The notes beneath the pieces were generated by a model that did no database searches, had not been told where the DNA came from, and saw nothing but the letters and a program-made list of their open reading frames with translations. From the human T2T-CHM13v2.0 reference genome, Homo sapiens, in NCBI RefSeq assembly GCF_009914755.1, contig NC_060927.1: 64,000 nucleotides of DNA; one strand, given 5' to 3'. Positions 1 to 12,484 of the stretch are shown piece after piece; position 1 is the first letter of the stretch; the number at the start of each line of letters is the position of its first letter. Made by a program: the position numbers and the translations under genes.

Positions 1-1155
1 AGCCTCCCAGCCCCTCTCAACACCCACTGCAAGAGCAGATCTTGCTCCTTTTGGGATGGGCATCTACATCACGGCAAATGTGGGCAACAGCCCCACAGCT
101 GTATTTGTACCAAAGATCAAAGGTTTTTTTTCTTCACCCATTCTCCACCTATAAATTCAAATGTGAGCAATGGCAACAAAAATGGGGGGTATGGGCTTAT
201 TCTTTACTGCTGAATCAGCACAAAATCCCACTTAAGGGGAAAAGGCTGGACTATTCAGTCATAGTCACATAAAAATGACCTTTCTAATGAAGGCCTGGTT
301 CTCTGGCAGGTAAGCAATGGCAGACCCCATGCCTGCCTCCTGAGTAAGGAATGCAGGCAGTGGCTACCGCTCCCTGTATCCCTGAACTTCAAAGGAATTC
401 AAGTGACCTAGACCAGCTGGCTGCCAAAGAAAACAGTGTCCAAGGACTCCCTGGCCAGAGATAAGTGCAGGCACAGCAGTCCTTCAACGCACGGGGCTTC
501 TATTTCCTGCCCCTCTCATGTTGAAACTGCAATATCAGGAGACAGCAAAAGCCTGCCAGGCAAGCCCTCCAAGTTCAGGGTCAGTTCAGCTCGCTCCAGG
601 AAAGCTCAGGGAGGCTGCTGATTCCCAAAAGCCCCATTTGCTCAAGCTCATAAGTGCGACCCTCTGGCCTCCTGGCAGGCAGGCTGCATAAGCCCTTGTA
701 CCACGCAAGCTCCTGCTCAGGTTACAGAAACTCATATTTTAAATCGGTGAAGTTCTCTCTGGGGTGCTTAGGAAGAATTCTTGCAGCCCATGTCATTCCC
801 TACTTCAGGGAGTGTACTAAGATTAGCCTATAAATGACTCAATGGTTCACCAGGGGCCCCTTTCATGGCCTCCCCCATGGAAGATGCAGCCCGGAGGGGA
901 ATCTTGATATCTGAATGCTTTTTGTACCACTCCTGGGTTCTGAGCTGGCTCTACTGGCCACAAACCTGCTTCTTGGAGCCCATTTCAAGAAGATGCAAAT
1001 TTATATTGCCAGTTAGGTTTTGCATCCACTGCTCAAATGCAGATTTTAAACTGAGAGGAGTATGAGGTCATGGGAAGAAGAGCCCTTGTTAATTCAAGTA
1101 GACAGACTTCCAGTCAACAGGAAGAGCAAAAGAAAAACCTTGTGTGGAAGGTTCC

Positions 1156-1471
1156 TTTTTTTTTTTTTTTTTTTTTTTAAGAAGCAGGGTCTTCAGGGTC
1201 TTGCTTTGTTGCCCAGGCTGGAGTGCAGTGACACAATCATAGCTCACTGCAGCCTTGAATTCCTGGACTCAAGCAATCCTCCCACCTCCTACAGAGTAGC
1301 TGAGACTACAGGTGCATACCACTGTGTATGGCTAATATTTAACTTATTTTTTATAGAGTTGGGGGGTCCCTTTTTGTTGTCTAGCCTGGTCTTGAACTCC
1401 TGGCTTCAAGCAATCCTCCTGCCTCAGCCTTCCAAAGCATTGGGATTACAGGCATGAGCGACCATGAAGCC
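1156..1471 (-). mobile_element. AluJ-type SINE
   Basis: Poly(T) 1156-1178 followed by antisense Alu with J-type diagnostics (cactgcagccttgaattcctggactcaagc); short TSD gaaggttc on both sides. Confidence 0.93.
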
Positions 1472-1784
1472 AGAAGGTTCTTGATTGGACCAGAGGTGCA
1501 GGGTTCACACGTCTCAGGGTACTCCAAGGCTCTAGCAAGAAATGAATTTAGGGACCTCTGCCTTTGATATGTGCTTCTTCACACCCCACCCTCTCTAAAG
1601 GAAAAACACACAGACCACTGAAAAGAACACTCTTAAAAAGATTCTGAAAACTAGCAGTGAAGAAAGTTTCAACTAGTGCTTCTCATATTCTCTAACTGTA
1701 GAATCCCTTTCCTGAGCATATCAGGCCCCCAAACCAATTTCAAGGGGCCTCTGAAATTTCTAAATTGGTTTCCAAAATAAAATT

Positions 1785-2010
1785 ATCAAAATATTTCACA
1801 GAAAAACCCAGATTTCTGTCTTCTCTTGCAAAAATGTGGATGTGCAGGCAGCTGTGGGCTTGTATCTCCTCCTGGGGATAACTAGGGCTCTGGAGTAGCT
1901 TATATCATAGGCTGGGCTGTGTGCCTGTGAGCTCGCTACGGTCCCTGGTCTCATTCCCTCTTGTCCTTTGCCTTCTTGGCCCTAGGGGGCATTTGAATTT
2001 ATGACCCTTG
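1785..2010. mobile_element. MER102-like hAT-Charlie DNA transposon fragment
   Basis: cccagatttctgtcttctcttgcaaaaat...ggcatttgaatttatgacccttg resembles the MER102 consensus and its terminus. Confidence 0.6.
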
Positions 2011-2294
2011 CCTTGAATATGCTCTAAAAAATATGGGACTTAACAATTATCCAAAGCACACGTGAAGGGTATTCATTGGATGTCTGGGTGCATGGTGCTG
2101 TTCTCAGTGATCTGGGGCTGCAGAGGTGTTTAAGAACACCCCGCTTCACAGGAGCTTAGAGAAGGGTGAAAAGATAAGGCACATTCAGCAGAGAAGCACC
2201 CAAGGAGGCAGTGTGGTACTGAGGCCCTGCTGCTAAGCACTGGCATTTGGACAGCTAGACAGGAAGAAAGGGCTCTGCTGTTCCATAGGCCTGT

Positions 2295-2515
2295 GGGGTG
2301 ACTACAGTTAACAGTACTGTGTATTTCAAAATGGCTAGGAGAAAGGATTTTGAATGTTCCCAGTGCAAATAAATGATAAATGGTTGAGGTGGTGGATATG
2401 CCAATTACCTAATCTGATCATTACATATTGTATGCATGTATTGAAATATCATATGTACCACATAAATATGTACAATTATTATGTATCAATTTTTAAAAAT
2501 TAAAACAAAAATAAA
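2295..2515 (+). mobile_element. L1MA-type 3' end fragment
   Basis: ggattttgaatgttccca...gatatgccaattacctaatctgatcattacatattgtatgcatgtattgaaatatc...tatgtatcaatt plus an A-rich tail. Confidence 0.85.
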
Positions 2516-2557
2516 TGAGTACTCTTAGGGTTAGACTAGATGGAAGGCTTTTCAACC

Positions 2558-2579
2558 TTTTTTTTTTTTTTTTTTTTTT
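2558..2579. repeat. Isolated poly(T) tract, about 22 nt
   Basis: Seen directly; no attached SINE body. Confidence 0.9.
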
Positions 2580-3289
2580 GGCCCTCCTTACACTTTGGAG
2601 ACTCTTCCCTTATGTGAAATTTTATAAAGAATGAAATCTGAAGGAGGTGGGAGAGGGTATGTCCGGGCCCCCATCTCCTTGGTGTTCCCTTCTTATGCCA
2701 TAATTTCTCCTTGGCCTCAGAGGCACCTTTACTGCAGGTGAGGGCTCTTTCAAGCCCAGATGGAGCCTCAATGGCCTGGGTGACACCCAAGGTCTCTCTA
2801 GACTCTTATGTTCTACCTGTCTTTCTGAAAGCCCCATGGAGTGGGGAGGACAGCCATGACATAGTAAGAAAAGGAGAATTCCCTAGCACCTGACTGAAAA
2901 AAATAACTGGGAAGAGAGACAGTGACAATACACAATACACATGACCTCACGTACATGGAGCACGGTGACCATGAACTGTAACATTAAGTATCACCTCAGA
3001 AGCATTCCAAACCTGGGTGACTGAGCGCCCCAGTAGATGAGGAGGAGCAGGAGGCTGTGTGGATGTTCACACACCGCCCCCACCTCCCCCAAGAAGATAA
3101 GCACTCATGGAAAATCAGAGAGACTGCAGACTCAAATCCCTGGTATCCCTGTAATGTGCACCTCTTGTTTCTGCCCGCCCTCATCCACTCTTGGTAATAG
3201 CTCATTTCCACTAGGGAAGCCATCCCTCCTCTCCTTCTCTCAACAGGGTTCCACTTAAGTTGATTCTATCACGACTAGTTTTAGTGATG

Positions 3290-3740
3290 AAGACGTGCCT
3301 CAGGCCTGGCTAATCAGATTGCTGATTGGTTAAGGGATGGCACATGCCCTAAACTGGGCCAATGGGTGACCTCCCTATGATTTTTGCTAGAATTATCAAG
3401 AAAAGGACTTGCTTTTAAGCAACCACTGGGATTGCTGGGCTGTGACAGGATCAATCTTGGCGGTGCTAGGGGCCACTTTCACCATGTTTGAGAAGAACGT
3501 GCCCCAAAACCAAGCCAACAGTGTTTAGCACAGCTAAGTAAATTGAAAGAGACCAATCAATGTTGGATGACCAGATTTGAATATTTGGCTCTAGCTGAGT
3601 CTCAAGCTAGATATCCTTGTATTTTTCCATTGCTTTAGCCAATGAATTGTCATTTGCTTTTCGCTATGTTTTGTTTTCTGCTGAGGCCAATTTGGGCTGG
3701 GCTTCTGACACATGCATTCCAGAGAGTCCTGCCCGATAGA
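3290..3740 (+). mobile_element. Old MaLR LTR (MLT1K/L-like)
   Basis: gattggttaagggatggcacatg...aactgggccaatg and the 3' end gccaatttgggctgggcttctgacacatgca...agagtcctg. Confidence 0.65.
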
Positions 3741-4490
3741 ATCTTTCTTCACTGACCACCACTGTAACAAGTTAGTTAAGTACCTCAAATTCATACTGAG
3801 CCTTTCTTACTACAAAACAAGATCAGAATCAGAGAATTAAAAAGTAGAAGGCCATTTACATTATCTCTGTAATAGTAGTTACACATCTTTAACACCACTC
3901 ATTAGAAAACTAATTTTGGTCCATGTCCAAATCTAACCATTCCCTAAAATAACTCACTTTCATTGGTTAACTGTAAAGCTCAAGGAAGGACAGTCCTAAC
4001 ATATTTACATAAAGCTACTCCTGAAAAGTTGTGTGAATAAAATCTACATCTGCCTTATGGAAAGTCATTTGCTGTCATCCAAAACACCAATAAAGGAACT
4101 TATATACCTAGTATAAAATTTATCAAGAGAAATGTTCATAACTTACGGAAGAGTATTTGCCAAAAATAAGTTTCACCGCAATTGTATATAAATTGTTTTT
4201 ATTGAAATAGAATATTTAAGAGCTGTTGGTTCTGGATATAATTCTTTCACTTCTTTAAAAAGCTTAATTTATTAAGTAATTTTTGCCTGCCTATGATCTT
4301 TTTCTTCTGCATTATTTGAAGGACACTTATGTAGTCTCAGTATCAAAAGATAATATCTAAAGAGCACACATAATTTTTTAGAGAATGAAAAACATGATTT
4401 CTGGTTCCTTAACTTTCCACAGTATAGAAGATATAGCTTACTTTTCCAACACCCAATCGAGAAAACATGTAACTTGAAGAGATAGTGTTA

Positions 4491-4752
4491 CAAGGGAACA
4501 GAAAACCAAATAATGCATATTCTCACTTATAAGTGGGAGCTAAACATTGGGTACTCGTGGACATAAACATGGCAACAGCAGACACTGGGGACTACTAGAG
4601 GGGGGACAGAGGAATGCAAATGCTGAAAAACTGCCTATGGGGTATTACTCACTATGTGGGTGACGGGATCAAGCATACCCCAAACCTCAGCATCACGCAA
4701 TATGCCCATGTAACAATCACTTTACAAAATGTAACAATCACTTTACCCTGAA
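4491..4752 (+). mobile_element. L1PA/PB-type 3' UTR fragment (L1PA15/16-like)
   Basis: gaaaaccaaata...ttctcacttataagtgggagctaaac...ccccaaacctcagcatcacgcaatatgcccatgtaacaa. Confidence 0.88.
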
Positions 4753-4829
4753 AAACAATCATTTTACAAAATCATTTATTGAAAAGCTTCTTTCGATAGC
4801 AAGATTCTTTCAGCAAGTGGTTTGCTTTT

Positions 4830-5260
4830 TAAAAGAATTTTTAATTATGGAAGTAAGAAACAAATATATTTTGCTTGTAAAAAAAAAAATTAGAACATGC
4901 TTAATATAGCTAAAATTCCTTTTGGTCATCTCCTCTTCCAAGGAGAAACCACTGACATCTACCTGGGGTATGCCCTCACAGATCTTTTCACTTACAGATT
5001 TATATTGATTCATGTATATGCATCTTCCCATAAATGCCATCAAACATCATGTATTATTTTGTAACTTTTTTTCCTCTGGACAGCATGTCTTAGAGACCTT
5101 TCTTATCCGTGCGCATATATTTGTCTTATTATTTTTAATTCTATACTTTATTTAATTATTCTGCTATTGATGGACACTTAGGATGTTTCTGATTGTCTTT
5201 TTCCCTATTACAAACAATGCTGCAATGAACATCGAGGCATAAGCCTCTTTACACACATAA
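4830..5260 (-). mobile_element. Old L1M fragment
   Basis: ctattgatggacacttaggatgtttc...tattacaaacaatgctgcaatgaacat is antisense L1 ORF2-end/3' UTR sequence. Confidence 0.7.
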
Positions 5261-5719
5261 GGCTGTGTAAAGAGCCTTATGGCTCTTTCTCTAGGACTGA
5301 TTTATGCTCACGTTTCCAGTGTTATAAAACACAAGGCAGACTTTTATGATATTGGCAATAGCAAAAATGCAGTGCCAAAGAAAGTTTATGTAAATGAAAG
5401 TTGTTTATTTTTCTCCACTTTTTAAGGATCAGATCACTCTTCTTGCTTTTCAAGAACTGCTATATCTTTAAGGAAGGTTGCCTAATTAAGATAGAAACCA
5501 TAGCTGGTACTCAACATCGATTTTTTACTTGATCTAATTCCCTACCCTTCCCCCTATCCCCATCCCCCCTGCCAAGATTTTCAGCACCATATATCTGTTC
5601 TTAATTGATGTGTTAATTATAAGGATTATCTGTTCATCAAAGTACAGCCTGAAAGACTAAGTCTCAAGTCAAGATATGCACTTGAAAAAAAAAACTGCTC
5701 CATATTGATGGACTTCATT

Positions 5720-6290
5720 TATTTTTAAAGTGAAACGTATGATACATACAAAATAATGCACACACGGTATATACAGTACAAAGAATAAAAAATACCCTGT
5801 ACCCATCATTTAACTTAAGAACATTCTCCAAGTTGTTGATGCCTATTGAGGGTTACAATCCAATTACCTCATTCTTTTTCTTCGGAGAGGTAAATATTCT
5901 GATTTTTATGTTTATCTTTCCTTTGATTCCTTATTAACACTTTATTATGGAAATTTTCAAATATATACGAACATAGAGAGACTAACTTAATAAACTCTCA
6001 TGTACCCAACAAAATTTGAATGATTAATCAACATTTTGCCATTCTTGTTTCATATGTCAACTCGCCATTCTTTTTATTTCCTGGGTGTTTTTTTTAAAAG
6101 CAAATCCCAGAGACCATGTCATTTCACACAGAAATAATTTATAACGTATTTCTAAGTAAAGAGGACTTAAAAAAAAAACAAAATTATAACTACAATGTTA
6201 ATATCACATAACACAATTAGCAATTCTTTAATTTCATCTAACATCCATCCATATTCAAATTTCAACACACAAAAAGTCCTTTTATAGTTA
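5720..6290 (-). mobile_element. Old L1ME 3' fragments
   Basis: ttttattatggaaattttcaaatatatac...atgtaccca...atcaacattttgcca motifs. Confidence 0.6.
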
Positions 6291-7169
6291 GTAATAAAAA
6301 AGGTAAAAAAATTAAAAAGATACAAACCCAAGAAAACCCCACATTATTTAAAAAATATTTTACTTAAAGCTTTACCAGGTGGCCAATCCATCCCCCAAAT
6401 TAGCAAACAATTGTAAGTTTTACTATGTAATCAATAGCTCGCTGACCATTACTAATTATATTCAAGGAAGCTAACTGAGGACACAGTTTCTTCCTCTCCC
6501 GTCCTGTATTTGGCCTTGTCTTCAGCAGAATCATTAACGTATGGGCACAGCAAATGGCAGGGTTTTGAGATTCGCACGTGTGCTGATGTGGTTAACAAAT
6601 GAACTAAATTATATGGTGACTCTGATGTTAAAATGTGACTAATACACACTTTGGGCCTTATTTTCTATGCTTAAAAATAATTGGGTAAATACTACAGAGT
6701 ATTTCGGTTTGGAGCTTGTTTATTTTGCTTTCTTTAAGACAGCATATGATTAATTTAAATGTGGCCATTCAGGAACATTTGCTTCCCTGTTCTGTCTGCT
6801 TTTTACACTCAGAACAGAAAAAAAAATGTACATTTGGAGAGCAGTAACACACATGCATTTTACAGGGAGACTTAGGTAAATGTGGAAACAGCTTCTGTGG
6901 GATTTTGGTCCTGCTTTTCTTGGTGTATTTATCAATAATGAAGAAAGCCATGAAAACTCATCTTTAAGCCAAATGATCAGATTTTTGTGAATTCAGCTAC
7001 TTTAAAAAAATTTTTTTAACTTTTTTACTAATCAAAAGAGCTGGAATATCAGCTACTATTATAAAGCAAATGATTCATTATCACTGCTGATATTAGAGGT
7101 GCATCCTGATTTAAGAAAACTCAAAGTACAGAAAGGCTCAAGAATTAAAGATGATTATTGCCATTGTAA

Positions 7170-7290
7170 AATTTTTTTTATTCTGGAAAATTCCAAACGT
7201 ATATAAAAGTAGAGGACAGCGTCCTGAAACTCTACGTACCCATCACCCAGCTTAAACAGTTATCAACGTGTTAATCTTGTTTCAAATATA
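7170..7290 (-). mobile_element. L1ME 3' end fragment
   Basis: tttttattctggaaaattccaaacgtatataaaagtagag...gtacccatcacccagctt. Confidence 0.6.
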
Positions 7291-7380
7291 CCTCAAATGG
7301 TTTTACAACAGGGACAGCACACAGCAACAGATTTGTCTCCATATATATCTAGGGATATAAGGGAGGAAAGAAAACTCATT

Positions 7381-7500
7381 TAGGGCCGGCACAGCGCCCC
7401 CCGTCCCCGCCCCCGCCAACAGCTCAGCGCAGTGATGGGGACGTAACAGGGGCACGACTCGAACCTCTGGGCCCACACCCACAAGAACCCCCCACCACTG
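7381..7500. promoter_or_regulatory. GC/CpG micro-island with SP/KLF GC-boxes
   Basis: Nine CpGs in about 80 bp and ccccgcccccgcc, set in AT-rich surroundings. Confidence 0.4.
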
Positions 7501-8123
7501 CCCAAGGGAGAAGCACTTTAGGTATAGTATGCTGATAATTGAAGAGAGACCTGAAAGGGTGGTAGGGTCTGGGAAGATGCTGAGGTAACAACAGTTGAGC
7601 TTGCTGGTTCTAACTCCTTCCTCTCCTCTAGGCAGAGATCTGTTATATCTGAAGTTCCGCCAGAGAAGGTAAGGCCACAAATCCTGGTTATCTGCCTCTG
7701 TCATGTAGAGATACAAAAATCATCTTTCTCCCTCCCTCACTTTCCAGACATAGTAAGTCATCAATCCCTGTCACTCCACTTGAAAATACTTCCCAGACCC
7801 ATCCCATTTTCTCCATCCTCCTGACTTGAGTTTCTATCTATCAAGTCCATCCACAGTGACTTTATGTGTATCCCGACTAACCTGAAAAGCTCCTGGCCTT
7901 CCCAGCTGGGATAAGTAGACATTCAGTGGTTAGTGTTGGGGGACAGTTGGTAGTATGTACCAAACTACCGCTGGCTCCAGTATCAAAAGAGAACACAGGA
8001 CTCTAAGCACTGCTTTCACCAGAGTTAAACAACACCACCTAGGCATTTGAAAAATGGTCGAGTACTTTTTCCCTAACTGCAACATCAAAAACAATGAATT
8101 AATTGCTATTCCCTATAACCTAA

Positions 8124-8480
<357 letters not shown>

Positions 8481-9354
8481 CGTATGTTAACTTTTTACAA
8501 TACACACAGCATAGACCCAGATGCTGGCTGTGCGGGTCGCTGGTCAGGCTTGCTGCTTGTCTTCTGAGATACAAGCTGGGGTAGCAGGGTCCCAGCATAG
8601 GCAGAAACCAGGCTCTGTTCCTGCCTGAGAGACGAGGTTTAACCAGGAGATTCCCAGTGGCCGGTGACACCGCACGAAAGGGATAAACAACCACACGGCT
8701 GGTTCTTATGCTCCGTAATCACTCTGCTGAGTGTCCTGGATCCCTTACCACCTGCCAACAGCATGCCTCTTTCCTTGTCCCCTTCAGCAAATGCCAGGTG
8801 CCAGGCATTGCTCTGGGCACTGGTTACAAACATCAGTGAAGACCGGCGAGTCCTGATCTCATGGAGTTTTCATTTGTAATCCGTATAGTGTGATTAGGGA
8901 GCATCCATGACCAAATTATAAACCTACGAGGCCCAGTCTGGCCCCAGGTGACGCTGGTAACTCACATGGCCACACGCTGTGGTTTTCACACATGTAGGCT
9001 GAGCCATGAGCCGCTCCCCTCCCAGGCTCTCAGACCTGACTCACAGTCATCTCTGTCTCGAGTCCTTACACCAACTCACCACCTAAAACATATCTGAGGC
9101 ATCTGCTACTATTCGTGTAAGGCTCCAGGGTGGATGCTCTAGATATTAACAACCACAAGTTCTGGATTTTCTGGAATGATCCTAATTCTGAAACTATTCT
9201 AGTCAATCGCTAGATAAGAAATCGATGAAATTTTAATATTGTGGCATCTAAATGACATCCTCTAAAATGCCCAAAGCCTGAGGTGGTGGTGGTGGTTGGG
9301 TCTTCTGTTAGATTACAAAAAGCAGTAAGGGGATCTGGGGAAGCTTCCCTGGCT

Positions 9355-9556
9355 CATACCTGGGTTTCCCACCTCCTAGTCGTATTTTCTTGGCAAGTTA
9401 CATAATCTCTCCATGACATAACTTCCTTGCCTATAGTAAATGATGATAATGAAAGTACCTACCTCTACATTATTGTGATGATGAAATGAGTCAACATACA
9501 GAGCCTAGACCACAGCTGGCCACACAGAAAGCCTGGTGGATATTAGCTAATATTAT
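9355..9556 (+). mobile_element. MIR SINE
   Basis: cttggcaagttacataatctctc...agtacctacctc...attgtgatgatgaaatgag...ttagcta. Confidence 0.75.
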
Positions 9557-9672
9557 TGTTGTGGTTGTTATTGCTATTTAGTGTTGAGGATTTCTTTCAT
9601 TATTTGGAAAACCCCATCACCACAGGAATGGGGGTTACAAAGAAAGCCCTTGCTTTTTTTCCCCCACCTTCT

Positions 9673-9946
9673 AGACAGGGTCACACTATGTCACCCTGGA
9701 TAGAATGCAATGGCGTGATCGTGGCTAACCGCAGCCTTGATCTCATGGGTTCAAGTGATCCTCCGCCTCCCAAGTAGCTGGGACTACAGGCATATGCCAC
9801 CACAGCTGGCTAATTTTTAAATTTTTTGTACAGACTGGGTCTCACTATATTGCCCAGGCTGGTATGGAACTCCTGGGCTCAAGCAATTCTCCAACCTCAG
9901 CCTCCTAAAGTGCTGGGATTATAGGCATGAGCCACTGTGCCTGGCT
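9673..9946 (-). mobile_element. AluJ SINE
   Basis: agacagggtc...gcagccttgatctc...ctcctgggctcaagc J diagnostics; tail degenerate. Confidence 0.92.
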
Positions 9947-10139
9947 GTCCTTATTATTTATTATTATTTTTTTAATCTGTCACTAAGATTGAACTTGGCC
10001 TTTTAAAATGCTTTCTGATACTCCCCTCTCCAACCCCATTTCCACATGAGCTCTGCCACATTTCACTTTGGGCCCTGAATATTTCTGAGCTGAGTTGCCA
10101 GGACTGCTGAATGCTAATCACCATGGCTCCACTCTATAT

Positions 10140-10685
10140 AAGTGTTGTTGCCAGAATAATCCTCTTAAAACACAGCCTTAACATGCTCTTTTCCTCCCAA
10201 CAATGCCTTCTTGTTCTAGAGTGGATTAAGGGTAAAGCTCCTCATCTTTTTATGTTGGCATCTTACTAACCTAGCCTAGCCTACCTGCCAGTTCTCGCCT
10301 CCTCCCAAGCTGGGTCACCCCTTTAAACCACCTAAAAATTTATTCCAGGTCATTTCTACCTCTGTCCACCACACCAATGCCTTCTAAAGAAACCTCTTTT
10401 TCTCTCCAAAGCCTTCAATCTTAAGGCTTTCATTTCTTCACACAGCCTAACTGATCCACTGCTGCCTATGTGAATCTATCCACCAACTCTTCTGCTCATG
10501 TTGAGCTATATCATTTCTTTTTTTTTCTTACTTGGTGTTTTGCCTCCTACGTGCAAGTCTGGTCTCCCATGACAGACTCTAAAATTCTCAAGGGCAAGCA
10601 TGGTGTCGTATATTCCTTGTTTTCCATCTTCTCTTCTCTTTCCCTACCAATGTCCGTGTAAGCAATTCAGAAATACTTGTAATTT
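10140..10685 (+). mobile_element. L2 3' region fragments
   Basis: Pyrimidine-rich L2-like body ending agactctaaaattctcaagggcaag...cagaaatacttg. Confidence 0.5.
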
Positions 10686-11330
10686 TTGAAACTCTTTGCA
10701 CAGCTTATCATTATAAACTCTTGCTAACATTTGGCCATAATTAATGAACCTGATTCGAGTCGCAAAATCCAAACACATAGCCACAGCTGTTGGGCTCTTA
10801 ACAGCAGAACCAGTTTCCCCACTTGTTTTCCACCTTGGCTTAAAATCACATCCACTCCTCACCTGAGCTAGAGGCATCTCTCTGAGTCCTTTCCACTGTC
10901 AACTGGGACACGGGCTTTGGAGGTGATGCCCTCCGTTCAGGATCTCATCTACTTTTAACATGTTCCTGGAGTTTGCTCATAGATTCTGTGGAATCTGTCT
11001 CTCCAACAGGGCACATCCATCCCATCTCCAGCTTCCCCCTTTCCCTATACAGGCCACTGTCATCACTCACCTTGACGACTGCAGACGACTCCTAACGATT
11101 CGACTGTCAGTCTTTCCCACTTCTAATCTAGCAATGGCTCATTCAACAAATACCTGCTGTGTGCCTACTATGTAAAAAGCATAAATAATAATGTTGGAAA
11201 GAAGTGGATGCAACGCGAGGCTCTCAGGGTGTCAAAGGAAAACCTTGTTAAACTTGGCTCTCTGGCTCCATATTTGGTGAGAATAAGGTGGGTGACATTG
11301 ACATCCACATTCTAAAACAAGTCATTAGAA

Positions 11331-11644
11331 GGCCAGGTGTGGTGGCTCATACCTGTAATCCCAGCACTTTCAGAGGCTGAGGCGGGCAGATCACTTGAGG
11401 TCAGGAGTTCAAGAACAGCCTGGCCAACATGGTGAAACCCCATCTCTGCTAAAAATACAAAAAATTAGCCGGGTATGTTGGTACACACCTGTAATCCCAG
11501 CTACTCAGGAGGCTGAGGCAGGAGAATCGCTTGAACCTGGGAGGCGGAGATGCAGTGAGCTGAGATCGCATCACTGCACTCCAGCCTGGGTGACAGAACC
11601 AGATTCAGTATCAAAATAAATAAATGAAATGAAATAAAATAAAA
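11331..11644 (+). mobile_element. AluSx/Sz SINE
   Basis: Full dimer; 18-bp TSD taaaacaagtcattagaa at 11313-11330 and 11645-11662; patterned A-rich tail. Confidence 0.97.
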
Positions 11645-12465
11645 TAAAACAAGTCATTAGAAAATGAAGCTCCTCGAATTGCTGCTAGCTTGTAGACCAA
11701 ATGCAACCGTTTTCTTAGAGCTGTGCTATTAAGCAAAGAGAAACAACAGTGGGCTAAGTGAGAAAAAAATAAGGCGCTACTTACACATGTGCATCTTGAT
11801 TTGGTTGCTCATGATGGAGAATCAAGTAAAGGGTCACAATGAAGAATCATGGCATGGAATCAGGTATAAAACCTTTTGTTTGGGGTAATAATTATGCATT
11901 CAGTCAAAACTATAACTTGGTTGCAGTCAAAATGATAGGTTTTTATTTTAAAAAGATTCCATTTCCATAATGGTGTTCTCTGGCATCTAAATAATCGCTT
12001 TCCTAAAAGATGGGAACTGTTAGGTGGAGCTGAGAAAAGATACTGAGTTCTCCATAAGTTAAGGCCACCAACAACTAAAATTATCTTCTCCAATATCCAT
12101 TGATTCTATTTAATATTTATCTTTCTGAGTTTTCTTTTACTATAGCGGTTTCCCTTCAACTCCCTCCCTTGCCTTACCCATAAGGCTGCGTGGTCAGAAT
12201 TCCTATTTTATGGTATGCTATGTTCTGAGACTGGCAGCTCATGAAACCAGGCAGCTGTAAGAAATGACAAATTTCAACAGTACAGCTATAGAGAAGGCAG
12301 CTCGGTCAAGGATGTTAAATGGTCAGATGGAAAGCAAATCCCCCAGAGGCCAGGTATTTCTAAAGATCAGCTGTGTGGCATCTTACAGAAAATCCTAGAG
12401 CCTGGTATCATTGAGACTGCAGCCCTCCTCTCTCAGTTGAAACGAATGATCAAGACGTGGTACCA

Positions 12466-12484
12466 GAGCACCACCTGCTGGCTC
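12466..12484 (-). promoter_or_regulatory. Candidate CTCF site
   Basis: Minus strand GAGCCAGCAGGTGGTGCTC versus consensus TGGCCASYAGRKGGCRSYR; one core C>T. Confidence 0.55.

Noticed and set aside
1062-1457. 131-aa ORF and similar ORFs (11395, 17424, 24789, 36458, 40451, 52055, 62843 and others)
   Set aside because: Translations of Alu sequence ([18 protein letters not shown] motifs), not genes
1976-1994. CTCF-like GCCCTAGGGGGCA
   Set aside because: Imperfect 5' half and lies within a MER102-like repeat; much weaker than the other two sites
2558-2790. Poly(T) as the tail of a minus-strand processed pseudogene
   Set aside because: No AATAAA at the right distance, no TSD and no recognisable body
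6452-6649. ORF ending ...EEETVSSVSFLEYN that looks like a C-terminal exon
   Set aside because: No convincing splice acceptor in frame and no recognised homology
7440-7500. tRNA gene or tRNA pseudogene
   Set aside because: Only a B-box-like 10-mer; no A-box, cloverleaf or terminator
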